Assembly: GCF_037042905.1 (NCBI RefSeq)
Contig: NC_087251.1
Span: 10,046,001-10,110,000, forward strand
Reading direction: 5' to 3'
Length of the DNA: 64,000 nucleotides
Source: Lytechinus pictus
Taxonomy: Eukaryota
The translations under genes were made by a program, and so were the position numbers. The notes under the pieces were generated by a model that ran no database searches, was not told the origin of the DNA, and saw nothing but the letters and a program-made list of their open reading frames with translations. This document shows, piece by piece, positions 38,736 through 51,311 of this stretch. Each line of letters begins with the position of its first letter. Positions within the stretch are counted from its first letter, which is position 1.

Positions 38736-39147
38736 AAGAGCTCACTTGCAAAAGGGGTTAGGTCCATTTTTCATCAAATTTGATTTTTTTATGTCTCAAT
38801 GTATACATGTAGATTTTCAGTAGCTCTATAAGATGATACCAAAGAAAAGTTGAAATTCCTATTAAAAAGTGAACTAAAATGGAAAAGAAAAATCACTTTT
38901 TTTTCAAAAGGGGTAAGGTCCATTTCAGTTTAGTTGCAAAAGGGGTTAGGTCCACGCAGATTTGTTTTTTTAAAAAGAATATCTTAAAAAATATGAAGAC
39001 AGGTAGATTTTTCTTATACCCAATTTTATGTTCTCATGGTAGGGTATCATGAAAATTCAGTTTCGCATAAGAATATTGCAATATGGGAGAATTAAAAGAA
39101 ATGATATTCTTGGAGTGGACCTAACCCCTTTTGCAACCAAACTCTTC
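38736..39147. mobile_element. MITE with GAAGAG...CTCTTC termini, followed by an adjacent truncated copy (~39149-39500)
   Basis: TTGCAAAAGGGGTTAGGTCC / GGACCTAACCCCTTTTGCAA inverted repeats. Confidence 0.7.
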
Positions 39148-40179
39148 TGAAGAACTCATTTGTCAAAAGGGGTTATAGGTCCATTTTTCATAAATTTTAT
39201 TGTTTTCTGTCTCTAAACCTCTAAATTTTTAGTCACTCTGATGATACCAAAGACAATTTGAAATTCAAATGAAAACACGAATGAAAGTGGCAAAGAAAAA
39301 TCACAATTTTAATCAAAAGAAATAGGATTAATTTCAGTTTACTTGCAAAAGGGGTAAGGTCCACAATAATTTATTTTTAAATATATAGAAAAAAAATTGA
39401 AGACAGGTAGATTTCTTTTCTATCCAATTTTATGTCCACATGATAGGGTAGTACATCATGACAATTTGGTTTCTCATAAGAATATTGCAATAAGTGAGAT
39501 TCATTTGTAGACAATCATTCAGGAAAGGATTTGACCACAAACCGGTATAGTCTTACACTGGTAACGTTAATCTTGCTTCAATCTCTCAGAGTAGGTCAAC
39601 CCTATTTTGTCACACTTGTCCCGCCCTAACTAATAATGACAATGTCTCCAAATTAGGGTGACCAGCGAAGAAGAGATCCAACATTACCCTTTTTACTGTA
39701 ACCTTAGTCAGATCAAGTGCAGAGTAACGTGCCCAGAATTCGACCTGTGCCTCCATTCAACATGGCAAACTTATTTCACAAGCTAGCACAGTCAATCACC
39801 ACAACATACACCAAACACATTTTATATACACTGTAACTATTACTCACCACATGAAAGTCCCGATTTCAACTTAAAAATCCCCTTTAAAAAGTCAAATTTT
39901 GCCAATGAAAATGTGGATTGAATCGATTCTATGCCATATTTCCAGAGCATGTGGTGGCTTAGCTCAATTTACGATGCAGGGTTGCCAAAAAATGTAAAAA
40001 TCTGGTTTTGTTCTGAGTTCACGAACATTCTTGCACATTTAGGATTGTATCTTAAAAATGACTGATCAAAAATGAAACTAGCACATCAATGATGTGGAGC
40101 TCATCCAGCATCTCACAACAAAATTTAAGAAAATTGTAAATTTCAGCCTAGTTGACACTGTAGTGAATTATATTGGTGA

Positions 40180-42192
40180 CATAAATTGAGGAAACAGAAT
40201 TGACATTGATGAAGAAATTACATAAAACAAGAATTTTTTGTGATTTATGAATAAATTTCATATCAATTAGCATAAATAATTTTAAAATTAATAAGTCAAA
40301 ATTTCAAAATTCTGTGTGGAAATTTGGTGACCCTCATGTAGCTCTACCAGATGGATGAAAAAAAAAATGGTCAACAAATAGAGAAGCATTTTTTGTGATT
40401 ATGAATAAATTTTGCTTAAATTAGCATAAATAATTTTCTTCTCAAAAATTCAAAACTCTGTGCAGAAGTTTGGTGAACCTCATAAAGCTCTAGATACCAG
40501 ATGGAAGAAAAAAAAATCAAAATCGGTCAACAAATAAAGAAGAAGCATTTTATGTGAATTTTTAAAAATATGCATAAATTAGCATAAAAAATTGTAGACA
40601 AAATTTCAAAATTCTGTGTAGAAGTTTGGTGAACCTCATGACGCTCTACCAGATGGAAGCAAAAAATCAAAATCGGTCAACAAATAAAGCAGAAGTAGCA
40701 TTTTTGTGAATTTTGAATATGTGCATAAATAGGGACAGTGATTTTCCGTTTCAAAAAATTGCCTTTTCCGTTTCAGAAAATCTCAAATTCCGTTTCAGCA
40801 TGTCAGAAAATGGAAATTCCGTTTCCCCATAGACTTTGTACACACGGAAAAGTGACAATTCCGTTTACACATTTACATGCACACTCGCACTGGTCAAAAT
40901 TTGTATCTGCTACTGTACCAACAACACAATAAAATCCGTTCTAATCGGATCTATGCGGGTGAATAAAATATTCTAACACACCCATTTTGCATGCATACAT
41001 CCTCACCTTTCATATTATTAGCATTATTTCACGGTGAAATGATATTTCATCGATAATTTTGGGGGTTTTTGGACATCGTTATCATCAGTCATCGTCTTTT
41101 CCCAATCCGCCATCTTGGATTTTAAGACCACGATATCGTGCTGTTACATCTTCAAACGTAGAGGGCAGCAACACACAACTGTGTACATGTAGTTGAACGA
41201 TACATGTGTGCATGTGAAGCCCAACCCGGCCGGCCGGGTACGGGTACGGTGCGGGGTACAATCGAGTGTGCTGATGTCGAGTGCAGTCACGATGTGTGAA
41301 TTGTCATGATAGTAGCGAAGTGAGATCGTGTTTTCTGGGGTTTTTTTGGCCATTTAATATTCTCATTTTGTTGTGATTTTGGAGTAATTTCTGTTGCTAT
41401 TCTGTGTATTTTGAGGGAAAATACGTTTTCCGTGATTTTCCGTTTGAAATGCCATTTTCCGTTTCAAAAGGCCCTTTCCGTGAATTCCGTCCGTTTTCCG
41501 CGATCGCGGAAAATCACTGTCCCTACATAAATTAGCATATTCAATGAGTTTCAAAATTTTGTGTAGAAGTTTTGAATCCCCCACCTAGTGCTATCATATA
41601 CAGCAAACAGAATTGAAATCGGACTTTAAATGACGAAAAAGAAGCATTTTGAAATTCGGTCAACAAATAAAGAAGATGATGCATTTTCTGTGATTTATGA
41701 ATTTCGCATGAATAAGCATACATAATTTTTTACTCAAAATTCTGTGTACAAGTTTGGTGAATCTCATGATGGTCTACCAGATGGGAAAAAAATCAAAATC
41801 GGTCAACAAATAAAGAAGCGTTTTATGTCAATTTTTTAAATTATGCATAAATTAGCATAAAAATTGTTCTAGACAAAATTTCTAAATTTTGTGTAGAAGT
41901 TCTGTGGACCTCAAGAAGCTCTACCAGATGGAAGCAAAAAAAATCCAAATCGGTCAATAAATAAAGCAGAAGAAGCATTTTTGTGAATTTTGAATATGCG
42001 CATAAATTAGCATATTCAATGAGTTTCAAAATTCTGTGTAGAAGTTTTGAATCCCCCACCTAGTGCTATCATATACAGCAAACAGAATTGAAATCGGACT
42101 TGAAATGACGAAGAAGAAGCATCTTGAAATTGTGGACGGACGCCACACCACGGCATAAGCTCATTTGGCCCTTCGGGCCGGATGAGCTAAAA
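40180..42192 (+). mobile_element. Helentron/DINE-like element with internal tandem units, carrying a nested insertion
   Basis: Repeated AAATTAGCATAA...CTCTACCAGATGG...AAATCGGTCAACAAATAAAG units and a terminal hairpin AGCTCATTTGGCCCTTCGGGCCGGATGAGCT followed by AAAA. Left edge is approximate. Confidence 0.7.
40730..41525. mobile_element. hAT-like non-autonomous element nested in the tandem array
   Basis: TAGGGACAGTGATTTTCCG / CGGAAAATCACTGTCCCTA termini, CATAAA duplicated on both sides, TTCCGT subterminal repeats. Confidence 0.8.
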
Positions 42193-44142
42193 GCGGAGAA
42201 AGTATACCACATTGAATTTGCATAGAAATCAAGTTGACGGCATGCTAGCAGCGGGCCTCCATTCGACTTGAGTGTAATAATGCGGGAGCGAATGGTCATT
42301 GCAACTTCTGGATTGTATATCGCATGTGGTGCAATTTAGCAGCACTCGCACGCATTGATTTTTCAACACGCGGTGAGCTATGTCAAATGGCCAAAATGAA
42401 GGGGGCGGGGGCTGTCGAAGGGCGGGCACAAAACATGTCGATATATTTCAAGATTTTAATTACACATGTATAACATTGAATTAGGAGAAAATTAATTGCA
42501 ATTAAAAATATTCAAATATATATTCAACAAACATTAAATCCAAAATTAATTTTGTGTAAAGACATTTTAGAAGACATTTAAAAAAATTGAAGAAAAGCTT
42601 GATTAATTCTGGGCAGATTACTCTAGTTTAACTTCAAGTCTAAGCTCTAGCCTACGTTAGATCTAGAGTAACATGCCCAAGATTCGACATGTTAACGTAA
42701 AATATCATGAAGTGATTTCATATCTATTAGCCGATGCAAGTATTTTACAATCGATGATATTTATTTGCCGACGCAAGTATTTTTAAAAATCTAAGTTGGC
42801 ACTGCTCATGATATTGTCGCCCTCTATACGCGTCTAGTATATTTGGCTACGATAACAGAGATGGCAAGATGGCGACAACAACATATGGGTAAGTAAACGC
42901 TCCTCTGCTTTTAATATTTTAATGAATTTAAACTTTATTTAACGAAAAAAATTTAAAAAAATTTGGCCAATAGTTGCCAACCAATATTGTAGCCCATGTA
43001 CACAATCATAGGCTTAAAAAAATAATAAGTATTTTGGCGCAACATTATTGTTGCCCAATTCGTTGGTGCGTGTAGAGCAATGGTATGCCAACCCAGGCTT
43101 CATGGAGAGAAAGCCTACGTCAGTACATGGTCATCTGAATAAAATTCTCTTCATAATAGTCTTCTTTGGTCCTATGATCATCACCGTGAAAAGGGACTGA
43201 AGCGGTTCGTGATTGGACATTTATATTTCACAAATTATATACGCAGTTGATAACAAATAAATGAAATAATGGAAAATCGATGTGCAGTTTTTGTATACCT
43301 TTGGTAATCTTAGTTCCATATGTTTTATTTGGGGAAATGTCTGCATATTTTAATAGAGGCAATATTGTGATTGATTGTTTACCATTTAAAATTCAATTTT
43401 CCCAAGTTTCTACATAATATTCCAGATATACGTGGCACATGACAAGTATAGATCGTGTATCTCCCAATGTTATTGAGGTCCTTACATGTATGTGTGAGCG
43501 GTAGTTAGCTGATCGAATAATATCATATTTTATATCATATAAATCGTCTGCTTCTCAAGTATATGAAGCATGTTGACTAAAAGGCACATGCTGAAACAGG
43601 GTATCAGCCAACAAAAATCAAGACCAGGAAACCGTTCTGTCTTTGAGTGATCAGATACCCTTGGCAGTCATGGTAATTGCTATTGTTACAACACCTGTAT
43701 TTTCTCATTAAGATGCGCGTAACCAGGTGACGGTGACTATTATTGGATCAAAGAAATGCTCGCGTTAATCGTCCATCTTTTCATAGGTCCATGGTCAGTA
43801 GTACTACTTTTACTCTCCAGAAGCCTCCAGGCTAGATTTAACCCCTGGAATATATTTTTTTGAGCGGCAACTTGGATCCACTATGTGTGCATTTCAATAG
43901 CAGGTATGTTCATGTATCTTATGCATGAATGTCCCCTGCCAGTGCGAGTCCCTGTGGTTGTAGTTATGGGGAGGGAGTTGAAGTCATTTTGGAAGTCATT
44001 TTCGTCCAATATTTGGAACCGTCCGAAGTTTGGGGACTTTAATCTCTATCATCATTTTTATACTGAAAGACAAACTTAGAAGAGGAAATGTGTGGCTTCA
44101 CATCGTTCATTCGGTCAGTTTTCTTTTTAAAAATGATCATGT

Positions 44143-44308
44143 ATAAGGTCTATCGCTAATCAGAACCGCAATGCATTATGGGATCGCAAAAGAAGCCGTT
44201 GTGCACGCGCTCTAGCAGACAGTCCGCAGTGCATGTGCGCAGAACTAGCTAACGGCCCCTTTTGCGATCCCATAATGCAATGCGGTTCTGATCAGCGATA
44301 TACCTTAC
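44143..44308. mobile_element. Small palindromic MITE
   Basis: TATCGCTAATCAGAACCGCAATGCATTATGGGATCGCAAAA and its inverse. Confidence 0.75.
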
Positions 44309-44764
44309 TGTAGGAATTACCAATTCATCTAACTGGACCCTCAAAAAGGGAAAAGTTCTGTCTCGTTCATTCTCCTTCTTTCAAAGTTGAAAACAAAATG
44401 GCTGATCGATACCGAGAGCAAACGCGACAGAGGTGTAACTTTTCCTTTGTTGAGTGTCCTGTTTGTGCCTTGATGTCAGGATTGTGTCTCACGATAGACC
44501 TTCAATCCATATAATCGAGGTAAGTACTTAATTTATTTTCCCCCCCTTTTATTTGGAGTGCTATTGCGACCCCATTCTACCCCATTTTGGACAGCATATG
44601 TCCGCCTAGTATTACACGGACGAGTCCCTGGCCTGGGTTACGAAAAAAAAAAAATCGTAACAAAATGGCCAATCGAGACTGGGATACAGGAGAGAACTTT
44701 TCGTTTTTTTGAGGTTCCAGTCTGTGCCCAGATGTCAGGAAACTGCCACTCGTTAGACCTTCAT

Positions 44765-45232
44765 CAGTAGAGGCGCACGGCCAATATTGGAGACTGTCTC
44801 CAATGTGGGAGATTATCTCCAATATCAAAGACTTTTGTAAAGAATTTGGGTATCCAATTTCAGAGACAGTCTCCAGTTTTGGAGTCCAAATTTACTCCAA
44901 TTTCCTTTGTTTACATTTGCTGCAAAAGGATCAACTTGGCGGCAAATAAAAATGTGATAAGCAGATTCCTCATGAAAAATTACCCCTTTTCACCGTCTAC
45001 TTTAAAAATTCACTGTCTACTTTTGTTTTGATAAGGATTTTTGTTGTCAATCACACACAAAAAAAATGGGCTTCTGACCTCAGTGAGACAAAATTTTGGG
45101 TGGAAAAAATCATGCTTTTGTTGGTGTTGACTGTTGTTTCTTTTGTCCTTTTGCAAAGCAAGTCTCCAATGTGGGAGATTGTCTCCCCTATTGGAGAGAG
45201 TCTCCCATAATATTGGCCGTGCGCCTCTACTG
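44765..45232. mobile_element. MITE with 5-bp TSD
   Basis: CAGTAGAGGCGCACGGCCAATATT / AATATTGGCCGTGCGCCTCTACTG termini. TTCAT duplicated at 44760-44764 and 45233-45237. Confidence 0.85.
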
Positions 45233-45420
45233 TTCATCCATATAATCGTGGTAGGTATACTTTCTGTTTTCACAATTCATTTGGAGAAATATTTAGACCA
45301 TAAATCACCCTAGTCTGGTGACTATGGTCAAATACACGGTAAGCTGCTGGGCTGCCGCCCGCTGCGCGGGCGGGAGCTCCCTGACCCGCAGCCTGGGTTA
45401 GTTGTGTGAGTGGTATTGCC

Positions 45421-46312
45421 TAGTCTTGAGGACGCAATGATGATGATTTTTAAAATAATGAAATATACTTCTTCATCATTGACGTCTTGACACTCTTCCC
45501 CCAGTCGCATAAGAGAAGGACCATAATAAAGATGGATTTCCCTCGGAAATCCATCTTTAGAAACAAAAATCACTTTAATTGTATTGATTTCATTAATTTT
45601 CACACCTTCCTACGCCTAATGCGTAGGAAGGTTTTAAAAATTATAACATGAAAATGTGAAAAATTTAAGGTTTCTTACCTAACTGATGCCGGATAAACAC
45701 CTCGATCCACATGTAAACAACGTAAGTACAATAGCGTCGACCCTTGAACCGCTTATGTATGACGTACTTCCGGCTAGCGATGCCGTTCTGATGAATAATT
45801 TATAGAAAAAAAAAATTATTTTGCAAATGTTTAAATGTATCACATAAATTAAAAATAATTGTCAGTTTCATACCAATTATTTTTAATTACGTAATAAATT
45901 CTAACATTTGCGAAATAATTTTTTTTTCTATAAATTATTCATCAGATCGGCATCGCTAGCCAGAAGTACGTCATACATAAGCGGTTCAAGGGTCGACGCT
46001 ATTGTACTTACGTTGTTTACATGTGGATCGAGGGGTTTACTCAGCATCAGTTAGGTAAGAAACCTTAAATTTTTCACATTTTCATGTTATAATTTTTAAA
46101 ATCTTCCTACGCATTAGGCGTAGGAAGGTGTGAAAATTAATGAAATCAATACAATTAAAGTGATTTTTGTTTCTAAAGATGGATTTCCGAGGGAAATCCA
46201 TCTTTATTATGGTCCTTCTCTTATGCGACTGGGGGAAGAGTGTCAAGACGTCAATGATGAAGAAGTATATTTCATTATTTTAAAAATCATCATCATTGCG
46301 TCCTCAAGACTA
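45421..46312. mobile_element. Foldback element with 9-bp TSD (Mutator-like signature)
   Basis: Near-perfect palindrome centred at ~45867. GGTATTGCC at 45412-45420 and 46313-46321. Confidence 0.9.
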
Positions 46313-46963
46313 GGTATTGCCTATTGGCCGTGCTTCTCTACTGTTTACAAATTAAAAACCTGTTTAAGAGTTTACTTTTACATGACTGGCTATCTTGACC
46401 CATGTGGCATGTGCTCTAAGTCTAAAAAATAAATTTGACATCCTGTGCAATCCAAATTAATGTATCACAGAATTGTGATTTTTCGCCTTTCATACGCGGT
46501 ACAAAGAATCGCACGCGATGCCGATGCTAACGGAAAGCCAATGTCACTTCATGCTGGTACCTCTCTCTCGTTTCAGTTCCTCCGCTGTTCGGAGATCGGC
46601 AGGTATCACTGCAAAAGTTGAGTTAATGAGTCTGGTAAATGTCAAGTCCAGGGGGATTGAAAGACAGGCAGGTTACTGAGAGTTGACAGGTTTAAGGGAC
46701 AAGAAAAGGACATGCAGCTTAAAGATGAAGTGCAGTGTAGCTTTTAGGATCAAGGAATTTAGCGGGTGAGGGAGGGAAGCATCATAGGGTAGTAGGATGG
46801 CTGCTGTGAGTTGCCGTACGGACAGCTACAGTCTAGCATGCAAAAGCCCAACCTCGCATTTTTTTTTATTTCGGAGTCGCAATACCGGTACGTGTGAGTG
46901 AGCGAAAGCGACCGCGGGTCTGGCTAACCGAAAGGAAAGGGCGAGAGTGAATGCAATACTCAC

Positions 46964-47507
46964 CTAAACACAAAAGGAATTTTCTCTAGCTTCGACAAAA
47001 ATATTTCTGTTGTCCCTGTAAAGAGTAGGAGATTTATACAGTCTTCTCTTTTCCTAGCAATTCATTCAAATAGCTAAAGCTTACTGAGAGTACGGTAATC
47101 GCCATGTTGCCATATTCATTTCTCATCGAGAGATGGCGCTGTTTATTTTTGCAGCTTGGCGACTTGGTTAGAAACAAACTCCGCAGATCAGAAAAGGATA
47201 TTTCACTCGTTTTAATCTCCTATCTTAGTTTGTATAATATGTAACTTATGCAGAGGGGTGACCAGGAGAAGGGATTTGCGAAGGATCGTTCGTTCACTTT
47301 ATACAAGCAGATTAGACCATATCAGAGCTCACTCAACTCAGAAGTTACAGCTCTGTGTTTCTGCATGACTTTTGCCGAGTCGCTATCCGTCATCTGCGGG
47401 AGGTCTCTGGAGTAGCAGTCAACGCCGGGCCCGCTGGTAGAGAAGCCCGGGCCCTGCCCTGCTGAATTATGTTGATCATATTTTTGCGCCGTTAGAGTCT
47501 GCCTCAG
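46964..47507. promoter_or_regulatory. Candidate bidirectional promoter with non-coding first exons of RBM25 (-, ~47113 to 46964) and the F-box gene (+, ~47140 to 47507)
   Basis: Non-repetitive CpG-rich region. Divergent ACATGGCG (-) and AGATGGCG (+) motifs ~30 bp apart. Donors TAG|GTGAGT (-, after 46964) and CAG|GTGAGC (+, after 47507). Confidence 0.55.
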
Positions 47508-47940
47508 GTGAGCTATTTATAATTATATTAATCAACATCACTCAGCAATACCATAGATTCGATTTAAGAAAATATGCCATACAAAAAATTTTGAGCAGAA
47601 AATTTGAGGAGAGAGAGAATCGGAATGATGTAAGTTGTAACTTAATACATGTATGAAACTGAAAGGGGGACCATAATATTTGGTATGTGACAAAAAAATA
47701 AAAATCATCAAATATCAATGAATTTGGTATCATTTGAAAGCTCTTAAAAAGACCTTTCAAATGATACCAAGAACTCTAATTTTCATCAAGAAATTATAAA
47801 GTTATTCCAGTTTAAGTCACGCATATAATTTGTGGTCATTGTCTTAATGTATAATGGTGGTCCCCAAGTCTGCGCACCTAACAATTTGAGTTAAGATTTA
47901 ACATGAATTTCTTCTTATTTCACAAAAATCTTTCAGTTAA

Positions 47941-48524
47941 AGGAGAATGAAACTCTTGGAGCAAGTTAGCTTTTGTGAAAGCAGAAAAATCAAAGAATAA
48001 GATCAACAAAAGTTTGAGTAAAATAGGACTAGCAATAGAAGAGTTATAAGCATTTGAATGTCGAGATCACTAATGCTATGGAGATCCTCCTATTGGCAAT
48101 GTGACCAAGATCTATGATGTCACAGATGAACAACTCTCCCCTTTTGGACACTGAAAATATACCCCAAAACATCTCTTTTTGCTCATTCTAATCATATGAC
48201 AAACAATTCATCAATGATATAATGTTGTGAAACCTCTGTACTTGTCCTCTCATAAAGAGAACACCTCACCTTGTGATAGATTCTATAAAAGTGAGAATAT
48301 AAGTGAAATAAGTACTAAAGTAATGAGGGAGTTGTACGTGTGTGACATCACAGATCTTGGTCGCATTGCCAATGGGAGGATCTACATGGCGTTAGTGATC
48401 TCAATATTCAAATGCTCATAACTTTCTTATTATTCATTCAATCTTCCTCAAACTTTCAACAATATGTTTCTTTGATTTTTCTCTTTGATATGGATTCAGC
48501 TGGTTTCAAGGGTTTCATTCTCCT
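47941..48524. mobile_element. Kolobok-like MITE (TTAA TSD) nested in an older element (~47550-49300)
   Basis: TTAA-AGGAGAATGAAAC...GTTTCATTCTCCT-TTAA with internal inverted repeats. Confidence 0.8.
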
Positions 48525-48668
48525 TTAATAATATTCCTTATATTATTATGAGTAAGTGTACCAAATTTTTCATTGAAAAATGACAGAAAATATAGGATTT
48601 TCTTGAAAAAACCTTGGGCAGTCATTTTCAGATTGAAAAAAAAATGGTACCCCATGTCTGCGCACTTA

Positions 48669-48821
48669 TACCTTGGTCACATTTGTTCTACGGCGAGTCG
48701 AAAACAGCCGTTTTAACATTTGTTTGTACCAGCTACATATCGGTGGTTTGAATAAAAATGAATAAAACGACTGTTTTCAACTCGCCGTACGGCCGCCGTA
48801 GAGCAAATGTGACCAAGGTAT
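48669..48821. mobile_element. Small palindromic MITE
   Basis: ATACCTTGGTCACATTTG / CAAATGTGACCAAGGTAT. Confidence 0.75.
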
Positions 48822-51311
48822 CATTCACTTTGTACACGATTAAGGGATTTTGATGAGAAAGGCTGCATTTTGAGGCCGTCACATGAAATGCCCTAAATTC
48901 ATTATTTTTCCACTATTTTGAGTCAAAATTTTTTATGAATACCTGTCTATGTATTGCATGTGTAAAGTCTGTGTTCGTTGCGTATCTTCTTTTAATAGAA
49001 TCGCGCAGATAAGCGAGTGCGCAGACAAGGGGGGCTGCGCAGACTTGGGGGAACTTGCCATAAAGTCAATGGAATACAAAACCGATTTTTGTGACCATTT
49101 TGAACCCAAGTCTTCAACAGGCTCTAACTTCTTTGTTTTTTTAGCCCTTTGAAGTAATGTAGGTATCAATGGAAAGGTGAAAGAAAGCTCAATTGATGTG
49201 TAATCATGTCACTTTGTAATTTTTCTTCTTAATATGTGTAAAATAATTTCTTCTAATTTTAATTAATTAGGCAAATTACGGAAAATAACAATTACTCGCC
49301 TGTTTTTTTGCCAAATGAAAGTGATCATGATAGATAATTTATATAATTTAGTTGGCATCAAAACAGCATCATGTAGAGAATTTCCTAAATTAATTTGTTT
49401 AAAGTATTGTTTTTGTAATTTCTAATGTATTTCTTTGCTTTTCTGATATAAATTACAAGCTCATTTTCAACTTTAGTATTGTATACCGGTACAGTATGTA
49501 CGGGGGTCTTTTTTTACATATGAAAATTATCATTCCTTTTGTACTTTGTATGACCAAATAAAAATACAAGTATGCTATTTTCTGATGTATTTGATTGTTT
49601 CACCGATTCCTTATGTATTCTATTACTTTCAACAATTTGTTATACATAATATGTAGCTTTTGAGTTTAGAGACAATGTACATTTGATTACAATTTTTTTC
49701 GGAGGGATGAGCAGCTGAGTGTGAAATACATGTATGTATGTAGCATTGTATGCAATTTATTACAAGTATCAAGAAGTGTAAAAATTAAGCTTTAATATAT
49801 TCTATCGGTTTTCAATGCATTTCTTAGATTTGTATACATGTTCATTGTATAACAAAGGTCCTGTTTGAGCTCTCTTTTTTAAGAAAAATAAATAAATTCA
49901 GATTCGAGAGTGAAATCACTGCACATAAATGTAGGCCTACATAATTTTTACACATACTTCCATATTGTTATGAAACAGAACAAAAAAATTTGCAAGATTT
50001 TGTGTAAAAGAACTTAACAATCCAAACTTACCAATCTCCCCATGGATAGGCGTGAAATGCACCAAATTATTAGTTGAAGCAAAAAAGAAAAGGAAAAGCG
50101 TGGTCTATTTCTTTCAAAACAAAACAAAAAACAACCAGGAAAAAACAATGTAAATAGTTACATTTACATTGTAGTTTACTGACAATTGACCTCGCCTTCA
50201 TACAAAAACATATAGGTCTAGACTTTGTTAGATACCGCTGAAGTGGAAACATTTTCATCCTTTAGAAGGAAAATCCTACTGAAAATGAAATGAAACATTT
50301 TTTAACAATGAAAAACAAGAATGAGAGAAGCAGACAAGTGAATTCTAATCATAATCAGACAAATAATGATTATAGATTTAGGAAGTTGTAAATAGTATGT
50401 ATTCCTTTCTAATTAGCTAAAAAGGTAATGTTATTGTGATGTAAGGTAGAGATAACTCCAATTGCTTCTACACACAACTGACTATAATGCAATATTTTCA
50501 AAAGATTTGATTAGTAGGCATACTATAATTTTCTTACATGAGATCGTATGAAAACATGTGATATGTGTTGTACCTCACATATATCCTAGCCTGAGGGTAG
50601 CTGCTTCTAAAGGAGAAAGCCAGAAATTTCTGTTTATTAAGTACATGGTAAATGAGAAAATGGTCCTTACCATTTGTTACAATCTACATACCAAGTTGCC
50701 AATTTGATAGTGTTAATTGTCTCATTTTTTTAAACAGTCAACTTTATTATACCTTTTCCAGCTTTCCATCAAACTAATAACCCTATATTTTTAATGCAAA
50801 TCATTTATTACCAGTTGGGTTCCTTTTTAATTTCTACAGTATTCTAATTTTTTAAATGGGTAATCAGTAATATATATTTTTTTTCTCTCTTTAGAGTTTA
50901 ATATTAGTTTAAGTTAAGTTAGTTGATCCCAGTTGAAACCAATGACAAGACAGTTATAACTTATTTGCTGACCAGAAAATTTTCCAGAATTTTCCCATAC
51001 TATAGGACACATAGCATCGTGCTAACAAGATCCAGCTTACTTGTGTATTCATTAAGCCAACAAGCCTCGTAATCGCAACTCTTTTCATTGACCTGTTTCC
51101 ATATGAAAGAATACACCAATACATATAATATATGTATGGTCCTTATGTGATGAATACTGCTTATGCTTTGATCTCATTGTTACTATGAATGAATTATCCT
51201 AAAGCTGTCACTCTAAAAGTAATTATGTTAATCTTTCTGCAGCTGACTGCTGACCTATATATGTATTTTAAAGCTTTGCTCTTTTTATTCTATATAATTT
51301 ACAGAATCAAA

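Noticed and set aside
39848..39980. Minus-strand GTGAGT donor as RBM25 exon 1
   Set aside because: No clear promoter motifs, adjacent to repeat-like sequence, and better candidates exist at 47.1 kb and 41.1 kb.
45328..46432. Twin ORFs MKINEINTIK... on opposite strands
   Set aside because: Mirror images produced by the foldback palindrome; GTG starts, and they run past the element ends.
51189..51311. 41-aa hydrophobic N-terminal extension of the 451-aa ORF
   Set aside because: Mostly intronic pyrimidine tract ending in the acceptor at 51304. The plausible start is ATG 51312.
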